Shown here one piece after another: positions 1 through 8,882 of a stretch of DNA of 64,000 bases. Where the stretch lies: the NCBI GenBank assembly GCA_043803105.1, contig JAZDKJ010000006.1:320001-384000 (forward strand). The letters run 5' to 3'. The DNA comes from Candidatus Woesearchaeota archaeon. Lineage in GTDB: Archaea; Nanobdellota; Nanobdellia; Woesearchaeales; JAZDKJ01. The position numbers and the translations under genes were made by a program. How positions within the stretch are numbered: position 1 is the first letter of the stretch; each line of letters starts with the position of its first letter. Under the pieces are notes generated by a model. The model was not told the DNA's origin. It worked only from the letters and a program-made list of their open reading frames with translations, and did not search any database.

Positions 1-470
1 AGTGCTTCATTGAATTCAGATTCTGTCTCAATAAAGTGTTTAATCCTTGCCACCTTTGAACTGAAAGCGGGTGCGCCCAATCCTGCTACTAGCGTGCACA
101 TGAGAAAGGCGATGAACGGATCATCAGTAAGCTGCAGCATCAAGAATATTCCCCCAATCATGACTATGGTCAGGCCGAAAAGTATTGCTGTTATGCGGGT
201 CGCGCTTTGCGAATAATTGTCTGACCTGTGGGGCTTGATTCTGGAAAATATATCATAAGTGATCATGATTAGACCGAAGATTGCTACGCCAAGCACAAAG
301 GACTTTGGAAATGTTACTATCTTGTCAGGCAGGGGCAGCTTGCTGAGGATGACCCCTGTTGCAAGGAGCATTAGCTGCATCGGCATTTTCCATCTGTGGC
401 AGAAGAAAGAGACCACCAGCCCAACCACAAAAATGAATGTTATAGGGTACAATGCTTCTAGTTGGTACAT
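1..470 (-). CDS. Cation:proton antiporter (NhaP/CPA1-like), N-terminal part; runs off the window edge
   Basis: ATG at 470 with upstream GAGGT. Translates as MYQLEALYPITFIFVVGLVVSFFCHRWKMPMQLMLLATGVIL..., several hydrophobic helices, ending ...FIETESEFNEA, which resembles the CPA1 ES-x-x-ND motif. Not in the ORF track. Confidence 0.65.
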   Translation of the reverse strand, partial: MYQLEALYPITFIFVVGLVVSFFCHRWKMPMQLMLLATGVILSKLPLPDKIVTFPKSFVLGVAIFGLIMITYDIFSRIKPHRSDNYSQSATRITAILFGLTIVMIGGIFLMLQLTDDPFIAFLMCTLVAGLGAPAFSSKVARIKHFIETESEFNEA

Positions 471-565
471 TTATTACCTCTTTTTATTTGCTCATCTTGG
501 GTGTTGATTATATTAAATTTACTATTTTGCAAAGTTTTTTATAATCCCCATGTTAAGGTTCTGGC

Positions 566-1801
566 ATGAAAAAGATACTTGCAAATGTGCTCAAAGCGAT
601 TGTCCCAACCAGGCAAGAGGAGGAACAGGTTTTTTCAAAGATAAATGCCTTCCTGGCAAAGCTTGGTTCAAGCCTTGGTGATGCAGCACCCATCCTAGGC
701 GGCTCAATGGCAAAAGGCACTTGGATTAAAGGTGTACATGATGCGGATATTTTCGTCAAGTTCCCTTATAAGAAATACTCGGGCAAGACGAGCGAACTCT
801 CTGACATTCTTGAGAAAAAGATAAGGAGGCTTAAGCTGACTAGGCTTCATGGAAGCAGGGACTATTTCCAGATACGCCAAGAGTCCATCACTTATGAGAT
901 TATCCCTATCCTTGATATAGCAAAGGCTGATCATGCCTTGAACATTACTGACATTAGCCCTCTGCACGCAAAATGGGTCAAGAAAAACCTAAAGGATCCG
1001 AGCCAAGTAAGGTTAGCCAAAGCATTCTGCAAGGCGCAGGGTGTTTATGGTGCTGAAAGCTATATCATGGGATTTTCAGGTTATGTTGTCGAGATACTCA
1101 CTGTCTATTACGGCTCATTCGAGAGGTTTGTTAGGCAGGCATCCAAATGGGGTTCAAGGACTATCATCGACCCTATGAAATATCACAAGAATGTGATGTT
1201 TGAGGTCAACCAGTCAAAACTAGTCAGCCCCCTTGTGCTTATTGATCCTGTCCAGAAGGGCAGGAATACTGCAGCAGGTCTGAGCAAGGAAAACTATGAC
1301 CGTTTTGTGCGTGCCTGCCAGGCTTATTTGGACCAGCCTTCTGAGGATTTCTTTATTGCCAAGAAAGTCTCAAAATCAGATTTGTCGCAAAAAGCTAAGG
1401 ATAAGGCTCTTATCTTCGTCGAGGTTAAGGCAGTGTCTGGCAAGGAGGATGTTGTCGGAGGAAAACTAAAGAAGGCATTTGACTTTTTTTCTCGGGAGCT
1501 TGTCAGGCACGACTTTTTGGTTGCTGATAAGGGTTGGGAATTTGACATTCCCACAAAAGCGATTTTCTGGTACTTTGTGAGCCCGAAAGAGCTCCCAAAA
1601 AAGCGGGAATGGCCAGGTCCGCCACTGAAGAGCAGCCAGAACGTTGATGCATTCAAGAAAAAGTATAGCAACACCTTTACCAAAGGTAATCGCATATTTG
1701 CAACCATTACAAGAAAGTACACCAAGCCATCAGATTTGATTAAATCTCTTGGCAAAGACCCTTACTTGAAAGATAAATTGAAGTCTTATGAACTAAAATG
1801 A
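566..1801 (+). CDS. cca: Archaeal class I CCA-adding enzyme
   Basis: GGSMAKGTW..DADIF nucleotidyltransferase motif, GVYGAE..GFSGY, LIDPV..RN, GPP motif. Confidence 0.95.
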   Translation: MKKILANVLKAIVPTRQEEEQVFSKINAFLAKLGSSLGDAAPILGGSMAKGTWIKGVHDADIFVKFPYKKYSGKTSELSDILEKKIRRLKLTRLHGSRDYFQIRQESITYEIIPILDIAKADHALNITDISPLHAKWVKKNLKDPSQVRLAKAFCKAQGVYGAESYIMGFSGYVVEILTVYYGSFERFVRQASKWGSRTIIDPMKYHKNVMFEVNQSKLVSPLVLIDPVQKGRNTAAGLSKENYDRFVRACQAYLDQPSEDFFIAKKVSKSDLSQKAKDKALIFVEVKAVSGKEDVVGGKLKKAFDFFSRELVRHDFLVADKGWEFDIPTKAIFWYFVSPKELPKKREWPGPPLKSSQNVDAFKKKYSNTFTKGNRIFATITRKYTKPSDLIKSLGKDPYLKDKLKSYELK

Positions 1802-2136
1802 AACAGGTAATATTGTTGCGCGCAGATTTAAGGCTTGGTGTTGGAAAGGCCTCTGCCCAGGTCGCGCATGCAAGCCTGGATGCTGCTTTGAAGTCAAGCA
1901 AGGATAAGCTTAGCGAATGGAGAAAAGAAGGGATGAAAAAGGTTGTGCTGAAAGTAAAAGACGACAAAGAGCTAATCCAATTCCAGAATCTGGCCAAGGA
2001 CAAAAAGTTGGTCGCAAGCTTAATAACAGATGCAGGCCTTACTGAGATCCCTCCTGGCACTATCACATGTCTTGCGATTGGGCCTGATGAAGAAGGGCTC
2101 ATAGATTCTATCACTGGAAAGCTCAAGATGTATTAA
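1798..2136 (+). CDS. pth2: Peptidyl-tRNA hydrolase Pth2
   Basis: KQVILLRADL..GKASAQVAHA, KKVVLK, DAGLTEIPPGT.TCLAIGP; ATGA overlap with cca. Confidence 0.96.
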   Translation: MKQVILLRADLRLGVGKASAQVAHASLDAALKSSKDKLSEWRKEGMKKVVLKVKDDKELIQFQNLAKDKKLVASLITDAGLTEIPPGTITCLAIGPDEEGLIDSITGKLKMY

Positions 2137-2205
2137 ATATAGTCTGCATAATATATTTTATATTATATAAATCCTTAAATATGCTTTTTTACAGTTTTAT
2201 AGTCT

Positions 2206-2532
2206 ATGCCAACAGGTCAATTGGTTACTTGTGATCACTGCAGGAAGGGAATTCCACTTTCTGAAATAAAATATGTTCTTAAAGGCAAGGACCAGACTGT
2301 TCCTTTGTGTGCTGCCTGCAGGTCTAAGTACAAAACGCCTGTTGAGAAAAAGTCTGTTGAGCCAAAATCAGATAAGGTCCCGTATTTCTGCATAAGGTGC
2401 AAGTACAAGTTCAGGTACAACCCGAAGAGCGGGACTGCATTGAGATGCCCGTTCTGCGGCAGGGAAGATAAGGTCATTGAAGACAAGGTGCCTGATGCAG
2501 ATACCTTGATAAGGACTCTTCACGACGAATGA
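2206..2532 (+). CDS. Small double zinc-ribbon protein
   Basis: Four CxxC pairs (CDHC, CAAC, CIRC, CPFC). Confidence 0.7.
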   Translation: MPTGQLVTCDHCRKGIPLSEIKYVLKGKDQTVPLCAACRSKYKTPVEKKSVEPKSDKVPYFCIRCKYKFRYNPKSGTALRCPFCGREDKVIEDKVPDADTLIRTLHDE

Positions 2533-3114
2533 TTAGTTCTCAAGAAGCCCTTTCTTTTCCATCAGGAGGTAAGGATATCCTCTGAGGTCAGGGCTTGAAA
2601 TGTCAAGTTCTATGCTCTTTGCAAACTCTCCAATCTTTTTTCTTGCTGCGCTCACGCTCCCAAAATCTTTTTTTGCCTCAATCTCAACGTAGAACCCTAA
2701 CTCCTTTACCTTGTCTATCGCTACTTCAAACTCGTCCTTGTAAAGGTAGGTCTCCCTTTCCTTTTCTATGGTGACCAGTTTTTTCACGTCAAGGCTGATG
2801 AAGATTTTTCGCAGTTGCTCCGGGTTTGCCACTTCTGTTTCATACTCTTCACAATGCGTGTGCACCTGTGCATTTTCAGGATGAAAGTGCTTGTAGTTTA
2901 GTATTGTTATCTCTCCCCTCTGCCTTATGCTTAACCACTCGAAAGGGTATTCTGGTTCGACAAAGCTCCTGTGTGCTGGTGTATAATATTCATCTTTCTG
3001 CTTGGCTATCTTTCCAAATATTGCTATTTCTTTTAGTCTTGCTTTCAGTTTTGCCGCAATTTGTGCATCGATCTGCACCTTAACCTCAACCTCTGTGTTG
3101 TTGGCCATGGTCAA
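2533..3114 (-). CDS. CYTH-domain protein (class IV adenylate cyclase / triphosphate tunnel metalloenzyme)
   Basis: N-terminal EVEVK motif, Q.DEYY, KERETY, DKVKELGFYVEIE. Confidence 0.9.
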   Translation of the reverse strand: MTMANNTEVEVKVQIDAQIAAKLKARLKEIAIFGKIAKQKDEYYTPAHRSFVEPEYPFEWLSIRQRGEITILNYKHFHPENAQVHTHCEEYETEVANPEQLRKIFISLDVKKLVTIEKERETYLYKDEFEVAIDKVKELGFYVEIEAKKDFGSVSAARKKIGEFAKSIELDISSPDLRGYPYLLMEKKGLLEN

Positions 3115-3129
3115 TAGTACTCAATCTGA

Positions 3130-3675
3130 CTATTTAATTGTTGCGTGTTTGAGAAGGTCTGCAAGCCTCCTGAACGCCATCATGCGTATGTGGGCCTTGT
3201 CTATTGGCTCGCCCTCCATCTCGCCGTAGGTTACATCAAAACCCTCTGGCTGGAATATTGGGTCCCATCCAAAGCCAGAACTGCCTCTTGGCTTGACTAT
3301 CCTGCCCTTTACTTTGTGGTCAAAGAAAATTATCTCATTGCCATCAAAGTATCCTAAGGATACGCAAGCCTCTGCCCTGTCATTCCCAAGCTTATCAGCT
3401 ATTTTGTACAGTCCATCGAGCCCTATTGTTTTGATGAACCACTTGATTAGAGGGCCCGGAAGCCCATTGAGGCATTGCAGTGAGAGCGAGGTGTCGTCAA
3501 CGACAAAACGTCCTTTGTGGTGTTTTCTTGCTTCTTCCAGCTTTGCCTTTATTATCTCATGCTGGTCAATATGTTGTATCTCTGGGAGGTCTATTTCCAT
3601 GAGCTCAAGTTCAGGTATTATTTTTTTTGCTTGTGCGAATTTTCCCCTGTTCTGCGTTATGAAATAGATTGTCAT
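3130..3675 (-). CDS. Ham1/RdgB non-canonical purine NTP pyrophosphatase
   Basis: FITQN.GK, VDDTSL...[19 protein letters not shown]. Confidence 0.93.
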   Translation of the reverse strand: MTIYFITQNRGKFAQAKKIIPELELMEIDLPEIQHIDQHEIIKAKLEEARKHHKGRFVVDDTSLSLQCLNGLPGPLIKWFIKTIGLDGLYKIADKLGNDRAEACVSLGYFDGNEIIFFDHKVKGRIVKPRGSSGFGWDPIFQPEGFDVTYGEMEGEPIDKAHIRMMAFRRLADLLKHATIK

Positions 3676-5993
3676 CTTGCGAGCGCTTCTTTTATGATGT
3701 CATACACTTTGGGGTGAAGGTCAGTGTCAAGCAGTGTTGCGTGCAGCATCTCAAGCCCATTGCACGTTCCGTTGACTACAGAATTGTTTGCTCCTTTGAG
3801 CCTTGCGTTCTGCTCTAGCACTACACCGTCACCATTTCCCTGGGGCATCTTGCAACCTGTGCCTATTATGTTGAAAACGGGTATTGTAATTGGAGCTTGG
3901 TTGACTTTGTTTATGAACAGGCTGTCTGCGTTCATCTCCTCGCATTCTGTCTGCGCCCCGACTATTGGGCAATAATCTGCTATCTCTCCTTCTATTCCAA
4001 GGTTTGGGGTGGCTATCAACATAACCTTGTAGAGGCTGTCAGCACCAAAGACCTGCATGTATCTTCTTGTCACAAGGCCTCCCATGCTGTGGGCAATGAT
4101 TATGACCTTGTCCTTTCCTGTCATGGTTTTTGCCTGGTTCACTATCTCCCTTAGCCTTATTGCATAGCTGTCTATGCCTTGTGTCTTTGTCTGCACCACT
4201 ACAAATTTCTCTGGTCCAGAAAAGAGGTCAAAATAAAAGCTTGATTTAAGATTCAGCGGCACTCTGGTCTCTCCGAATACTCCTGGCTGCACATTGCTAT
4301 ATGTTGATATCGCCCCAGCATCCAAGTAACCATCTTGCTCGAGCCTCGCTTCTATCTTGTTGAACGCATCCAAACTGTATTCAAAAGAGGTTTGCCTGTT
4401 AAAGGCATGGCCGTGCACAAAGATTATCGGGTAGAGTGTTGGTTCATAAGTGCACTCTCCGGCTGTGCAGCATTCAGCACATTTGTTTGACACGCAACAT
4501 TTTGCTACCGGCTCTGTGAATTGTATGCTCACCTGTACATCAGATGCTGTTGGGATATCGACAGTTTCAAATTTATACACGCTGAGCTGTTTTAATGTAA
4601 TGTTTCTGGGACTGCATCTGCTAGGCAATATCCGTTGAAGGTCTTTTGTAAAGTTCTGCCCTAGGTTAGGCAATGAATTTAATTGTTGTATAATCAGGTC
4701 AGAATTAGGATGGGTCGAGGACAGGTTGTCCGTGTATTTTGCTATAACTGTTTGCATAGAAAGGTTAGTTGAATTTTCGCTGGAAATATGCGCCAGTTGT
4801 TCTGTCAAATTTTCTAAATCATTGCATGCATTGCTCAATCTGAACTCGGTTTGCCTTGCCCTTTCGATAATGCTTGGGTAGCCATTGCAACTCAGGTTTG
4901 CCATGCAGAGCGCTGTTCTTATGACATCAGCCCTTACCTCGATATTAAGTGTCTGGTCCCTCAGCATTTCATTGATGATTAAGCTTGTTGTATTCACTTT
5001 CTTTAGCAAGCCGAGCACCGCTTTCTCTTTTTGCTCCATTGTGTTTCGCTGGTTGAATTTAAACGCTGCAAAGTTAAAATCATCAATTTCTGAGTTTGCA
5101 TTCTGAATTGGCAGCGGATTGTCCTGCAATAATACAATAATCTCATGCAGGATTTGTCCTGTTGCGTTGAGCTCGATCGCAGCTGTGTTGTAACGTTTCA
5201 CTAAATCAGACAGGCTTTTGTTGAAAATCTGTGTTTCTTGTTGCGATTGTGCATATTCTAGTTCAAAGGCGGCGGTATCATTCTCAAGCCTTGTATAGTC
5301 TTGTTCCTCCCAATAGGCCTGAAGGTCTCTCAAATGAGCAGTTAACAGGCTTAGCTTTACAGTCAAGTTGGAGCCTGTCTTCTCTATGCTGATTAGTTGC
5401 AGATTCTGTCCGAGCGCACCACTCACCTCTTGGAGCGCTTGTTCTGTTCCGAGCATCTGCCCGAGCCCTGCTGATAATTCCTCGAGCCTTGCTTTCAATT
5501 CAGCTTTTTGCTGTTTCTCCTCATCTGATAGGTCATAGTTTAATGCAACCAACACAGTTCTCTCAGTTGGCATCTGCGAGGTATGGCATAAGAGTGATTG
5601 CGCACTGTGGCATTCTATGCTAAAGCTGTAGAGTTCCTGGCCAAAGCCAAATTTTTGGACCTGCAAAGAGTATGTCTTGCTGAATGATTTTCCTGTAGAG
5701 AGTGTGAAATTGCTTTGGTCAATAAGGCGTCCTGAGCTTATGTCCTTGAAGCTTGAATTGCACATCGCATTGCAGAACAGGTTTGTTTGCGTTGTTGCTT
5801 CAAAGGTTACTGTTGCTGACTGCTCTCTCACAAGGTTGAACACCTCATTGTCAGCACTCAATTTAAGAATTATGTCGTTGCCTAAAAGAAGGTTAATATA
5901 AAGTGCTATCTCTGTGCCAAAGACCACCAAAAGTGCGGCAGCAATTGCTATGATTGTGATATACAACCATCTTCTGCTCTTCTTTTTTTTCAT
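3672..5993 (-). CDS. Membrane-anchored coiled-coil protein with C-terminal alpha/beta-hydrolase (lipase/PGAP1-like) domain
   Basis: Start taken at [11 protein letters not shown] followed by a TM helix. PIIFVHG, AHSMGG nucleophile elbow, IATPNLG, GDGVV, C-terminal His. Confidence 0.8.
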   Translation of the reverse strand: MKKKKSRRWLYITIIAIAAALLVVFGTEIALYINLLLGNDIILKLSADNEVFNLVREQSATVTFEATTQTNLFCNAMCNSSFKDISSGRLIDQSNFTLSTGKSFSKTYSLQVQKFGFGQELYSFSIECHSAQSLLCHTSQMPTERTVLVALNYDLSDEEKQQKAELKARLEELSAGLGQMLGTEQALQEVSGALGQNLQLISIEKTGSNLTVKLSLLTAHLRDLQAYWEEQDYTRLENDTAAFELEYAQSQQETQIFNKSLSDLVKRYNTAAIELNATGQILHEIIVLLQDNPLPIQNANSEIDDFNFAAFKFNQRNTMEQKEKAVLGLLKKVNTTSLIINEMLRDQTLNIEVRADVIRTALCMANLSCNGYPSIIERARQTEFRLSNACNDLENLTEQLAHISSENSTNLSMQTVIAKYTDNLSSTHPNSDLIIQQLNSLPNLGQNFTKDLQRILPSRCSPRNITLKQLSVYKFETVDIPTASDVQVSIQFTEPVAKCCVSNKCAECCTAGECTYEPTLYPIIFVHGHAFNRQTSFEYSLDAFNKIEARLEQDGYLDAGAISTYSNVQPGVFGETRVPLNLKSSFYFDLFSGPEKFVVVQTKTQGIDSYAIRLREIVNQAKTMTGKDKVIIIAHSMGGLVTRRYMQVFGADSLYKVMLIATPNLGIEGEIADYCPIVGAQTECEEMNADSLFINKVNQAPITIPVFNIIGTGCKMPQGNGDGVVLEQNARLKGANNSVVNGTCNGLEMLHATLLDTDLHPKVYDIIKEALAR

Positions 5994-6029
5994 TGTCCTT
6001 AAATAAATAAATCTTATATTTAAATGTAG

Positions 6030-6064
6030 CACACTCACTGGACAATTAGCCACAGCATATTTAA
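6030..6064 (+). promoter_or_regulatory. Promoter of the RadA-like gene (TGGACA box plus TATTTAA), homologous to the polB2 promoter
   Basis: 26/35 ungapped identity with 8825-8859; the TATA element ends 20 nt before ATG 6084. Confidence 0.7.
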
Positions 6065-6083
6065 ATTAAAAAAATAATTCTGT

Positions 6084-6773
6084 ATGGTGGCACTTACTGG
6101 TATTAAAGGCGAGTATGCAAACACTGAGTTGCTCTTGTATGCTATAACCAATAAGCCGTCGCTTATCATTGACTGTGCTAACTGCGCAGATCCTCATAGC
6201 CTCTTCCCTTTTGTTTTTCCTGAGGATTTTGTTGATGTGCACGTAATAGAGATTGAGTTGCTCTACCTTTTGCGTGATGTGCTGAAAAGAACGGGGGCAT
6301 TGGCTGATGAGTTGAAGCTAAGATGCGTGGTCATCCCGACGTTTGATTATTTGTTTGCCTATGATGACAAGGAGGAGAACAATGAGATTTTTTCGCAGTG
6401 CTGGAAACTCATAAAGGATTTGTCGCTAGATCACAACGTTGTTGTCGCCATCCACAAGTCTCATGATGGTTTTGCAGCAGGCTATTGTGATAAAATTGTT
6501 GAGGGTGAATTTATGGGTCATACTGTGCGAAGCCAAAGGTGCAACCTTGATGTCCTGCTTGAGGAGCTTAATGCATATGGCAAGTCTTTGAATGCTAAGG
6601 ACAAGGAAATCTTTGAGAAGATGCTGAAGCTCCCTTACCTTCATGTGGGCAGCATCTCTTATGCAAACAGCTTCCATGCCTGGGCCTTTCTTCTTTTGTC
6701 TATAATGCTCGAGCAGGAAAAAAGGATTAAGGAATTGGAAGAAATGAAGGATTTTGCCAACGAGATTAGCTAA
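6084..6773 (+). CDS. Degenerate RadA/RecA-like domain fused to the PolB2-associated small helical protein (arCOG07300-like)
   Basis: N-terminal part has IIDCAN..DP and VVIPTFDYLF but no intact Walker A. From Met144 (ATG 6513, preceded by GAGGGTGA), MGHTVRSQR...ELNAYGKSL..KDKEIFEKML...LLSIMLEQ resembles the MGRTVPS-type protein encoded beside polB2. Confidence 0.7.
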   Translation: MVALTGIKGEYANTELLLYAITNKPSLIIDCANCADPHSLFPFVFPEDFVDVHVIEIELLYLLRDVLKRTGALADELKLRCVVIPTFDYLFAYDDKEENNEIFSQCWKLIKDLSLDHNVVVAIHKSHDGFAAGYCDKIVEGEFMGHTVRSQRCNLDVLLEELNAYGKSLNAKDKEIFEKMLKLPYLHVGSISYANSFHAWAFLLLSIMLEQEKRIKELEEMKDFANEIS

Positions 6774-6784
6774 ATTTTGCCTGG

Positions 6785-7099
6785 TCACGATTCATCGAGA
6801 ACGCAAACCTTCACTCTTGAGGCTCCTGCATATCTTGTGCTGCACTCATCACTCCTGATCAAGTCTACATAAGCTGCATCGCTTGTCATAACCCAATAAT
6901 GATTATACTGTTCTACCGGTTCTTTGACACGAATGTATTTCTCTGACTGTGTGCCCATCAGATGGAACACAAACCCTTTTGCCTCAGCCTCAAGGCAAGG
7001 GGTGCATTCCGCAGTTCTTTTCAGTTGCAATGCCTCTTTCCTCAACAATAAGAAGCTGATGTCGCTGGTTGATTCGCAGAACAGGACCTTCATTGCCAA
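6785..7099 (-). CDS. Hypothetical protein
   Basis: 104-aa ORF filling the space, with a TATA-like element upstream; no motif recognised. Confidence 0.45.
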   Translation of the reverse strand: MAMKVLFCESTSDISFLLLRKEALQLKRTAECTPCLEAEAKGFVFHLMGTQSEKYIRVKEPVEQYNHYWVMTSDAAYVDLIRSDECSTRYAGASRVKVCVLDES

Positions 7100-7402
7100 T
7101 GCTAATCAAAGATATCTATTAAACTTTGCGCTGCCGAGGCAGGTAGCAACTAAACAATCGGCCTAGAATTCAATATCATAGCACCACCCCTTGCGGTACC
7201 TGCAGGCATCTTATAAATGAATTTGGGTCGCCTGCAACCACAGTCATATGCATGCAATACATTCAAAGAAGGAAAAACTGGATTTTTCCTAAGATAGAAA
7301 AATACAAAATAGAAGAATTGTATCCCCATCATTATACACCCGTTAATTGGGTTGGATGGCGAGTGGACTGAATTGACTGAGCGACCTTTCCAAATGTTGT
7401 GT

Positions 7403-7885
7403 TCAGAAACATGCACTGCATGGTTCTTGGTTTTTCCGACTTTCCACAGGTTTCTTCCTTTCCAAGAGACTGGGTAATTCTCTGATGTAATCCACCAAAT
7501 GTTGATACAGGTCTTTCTTCCTAGAAGGCTCTTTTTCTAACCATGACAAGAATTCCTCTGTCGTTATATCATCTATACTGCTCCTTGCTGGAAAAACATC
7601 ATCCGCTTTTCGGTCGATGAAAACTCTTTGAATACCTCCATTGTAAGCAACATAGAATTGATGACCTTGTAAGTCTGTTTCACTAATGGTCTCATACTTA
7701 TTTGTTAGGTTAGCGCTGGGAAGTCTATATGCCTTATTCACCAACAACACACCATCTAAAAGGGCAGCTATATCACAAGTGTAACGGTCTTGGAGTGGAC
7801 CAGTAGCTTGTGTTTTTGATTGAAATTCTTTTGGCATTTGAATCATAAAGTCCTTTGCATATTTAATTCTTTTGTGTTTTATCAT
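7403..7885 (-). CDS. Hypothetical protein
   Basis: 160-aa ORF overlapping the end of the GNAT gene; AT-richer than the flanks. Confidence 0.55.
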   Translation of the reverse strand: MIKHKRIKYAKDFMIQMPKEFQSKTQATGPLQDRYTCDIAALLDGVLLVNKAYRLPSANLTNKYETISETDLQGHQFYVAYNGGIQRVFIDRKADDVFPARSSIDDITTEEFLSWLEKEPSRKKDLYQHLVDYIRELPSLLERKKPVESRKNQEPCSACF

Positions 7886-8729
7886 AGTCCCTTCTTATCA
7901 AGTAAAAGATGGTAGGTTGTTCCGGATCTATTTTTGCTCCGCGGTCTAAATACATTGGCACAAGATTGCCTCTAGCTGCCCCCCTAATTTCTATTGCATG
8001 ATTTGCTAATGCGAGGCTATTCAATGCATTGTGCAATCTTACGGATATGCCTTTTCTCCTGCTTCTTTGGGATACGAGAACTTGGTGAGCATGAATGATT
8101 ATTTTATTGTTGTTTTCTTCGACAGCCGATAGTAATACCCCCTCTATATTGCCATCGTCATAAACAAGACAAGTGGAAGGTGACATGTTATATAACAATC
8201 TCACAGCCCTATGTCTTAAAGTATACTCTTCCAAAAAGAGTTTTTCAACAAGAGGCACATCTGAGTCATTCATCGCCCTTATGCTTTCGTCAATGATATA
8301 GTGACTATCTTTTGTGACAGGGATGTAAATAGGAACTAATGCGGCAGCAGTTCTGTTAATAGGGATTTCATTTTCTAGTTTATCAGTTAATGCACAAAAT
8401 CCATGGTTTTTGAATGTAGCATAGTCCCTTTCATTACATCGCAAAATTTGCGGCACTTCGAATATTTTATCTAATACAAGAATGTAATCTTCCAGTGTTA
8501 TAGCATCACCTTTAAGGCTGACAAGATCGCATTGATCAATCGTGAAATTAACATAAGGGTCCGCAGCTTTTTGCCTCCATATCTTGATAAATCCAATAGC
8601 AGATTTATCAGTCACAAGAATATACTTGTCGTAATAAGTAAACTCTTTTCTGACTTGTGACCCTGGATCAGGTCCCAATTTGTTGATTAAAGGTCCAATA
8701 TTTTCAACTGTTAAACATTCATAAAACAT
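7863..8729 (-). CDS. GNAT-family acetyltransferase (C-terminal GNAT domain)
   Basis: IRAMNDSD start of domain, VLVSQRSRRKGIS acetyl-CoA motif A, PMY..RG. Confidence 0.75.
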   Translation of the reverse strand: MFYECLTVENIGPLINKLGPDPGSQVRKEFTYYDKYILVTDKSAIGFIKIWRQKAADPYVNFTIDQCDLVSLKGDAITLEDYILVLDKIFEVPQILRCNERDYATFKNHGFCALTDKLENEIPINRTAAALVPIYIPVTKDSHYIIDESIRAMNDSDVPLVEKLFLEEYTLRHRAVRLLYNMSPSTCLVYDDGNIEGVLLSAVEENNNKIIIHAHQVLVSQRSRRKGISVRLHNALNSLALANHAIEIRGAARGNLVPMYLDRGAKIDPEQPTIFYLIRRDYDKTQKN

Positions 8730-8824
8730 CAGTGCATTGCGTTCAGCGTGCTTAAAATGTCTTGTTTAAGAACAACCGAAAATTTTCCGAAATGTACAAA
8801 GGATTTTCAATTTTGTGCGCAAAA

Positions 8825-8859
8825 CACCCTCATTGGACATCCTGTCAAAGCCTATTTAA
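8825..8859 (+). promoter_or_regulatory. polB2 promoter with imperfect palindrome TGGACA-N3-TGTCAA upstream of TATTTAA
   Basis: Homologous to 6030-6064; GTG start 24 nt downstream. Confidence 0.7.
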
Positions 8860-8882
8860 GTCAGAAAAAAGATTCTCAACCT

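Noticed and set aside
7150-7416. 88-aa minus-strand ORF after the GNAT pair
   Set aside because: No motif and unusual composition; cannot be supported as a gene
8748-8882. N-terminal 45 codons of the polB2 ORF
   Set aside because: They overlap the promoter shared with the RadA-like gene; recognisable PolB2 sequence starts at GTG 8883
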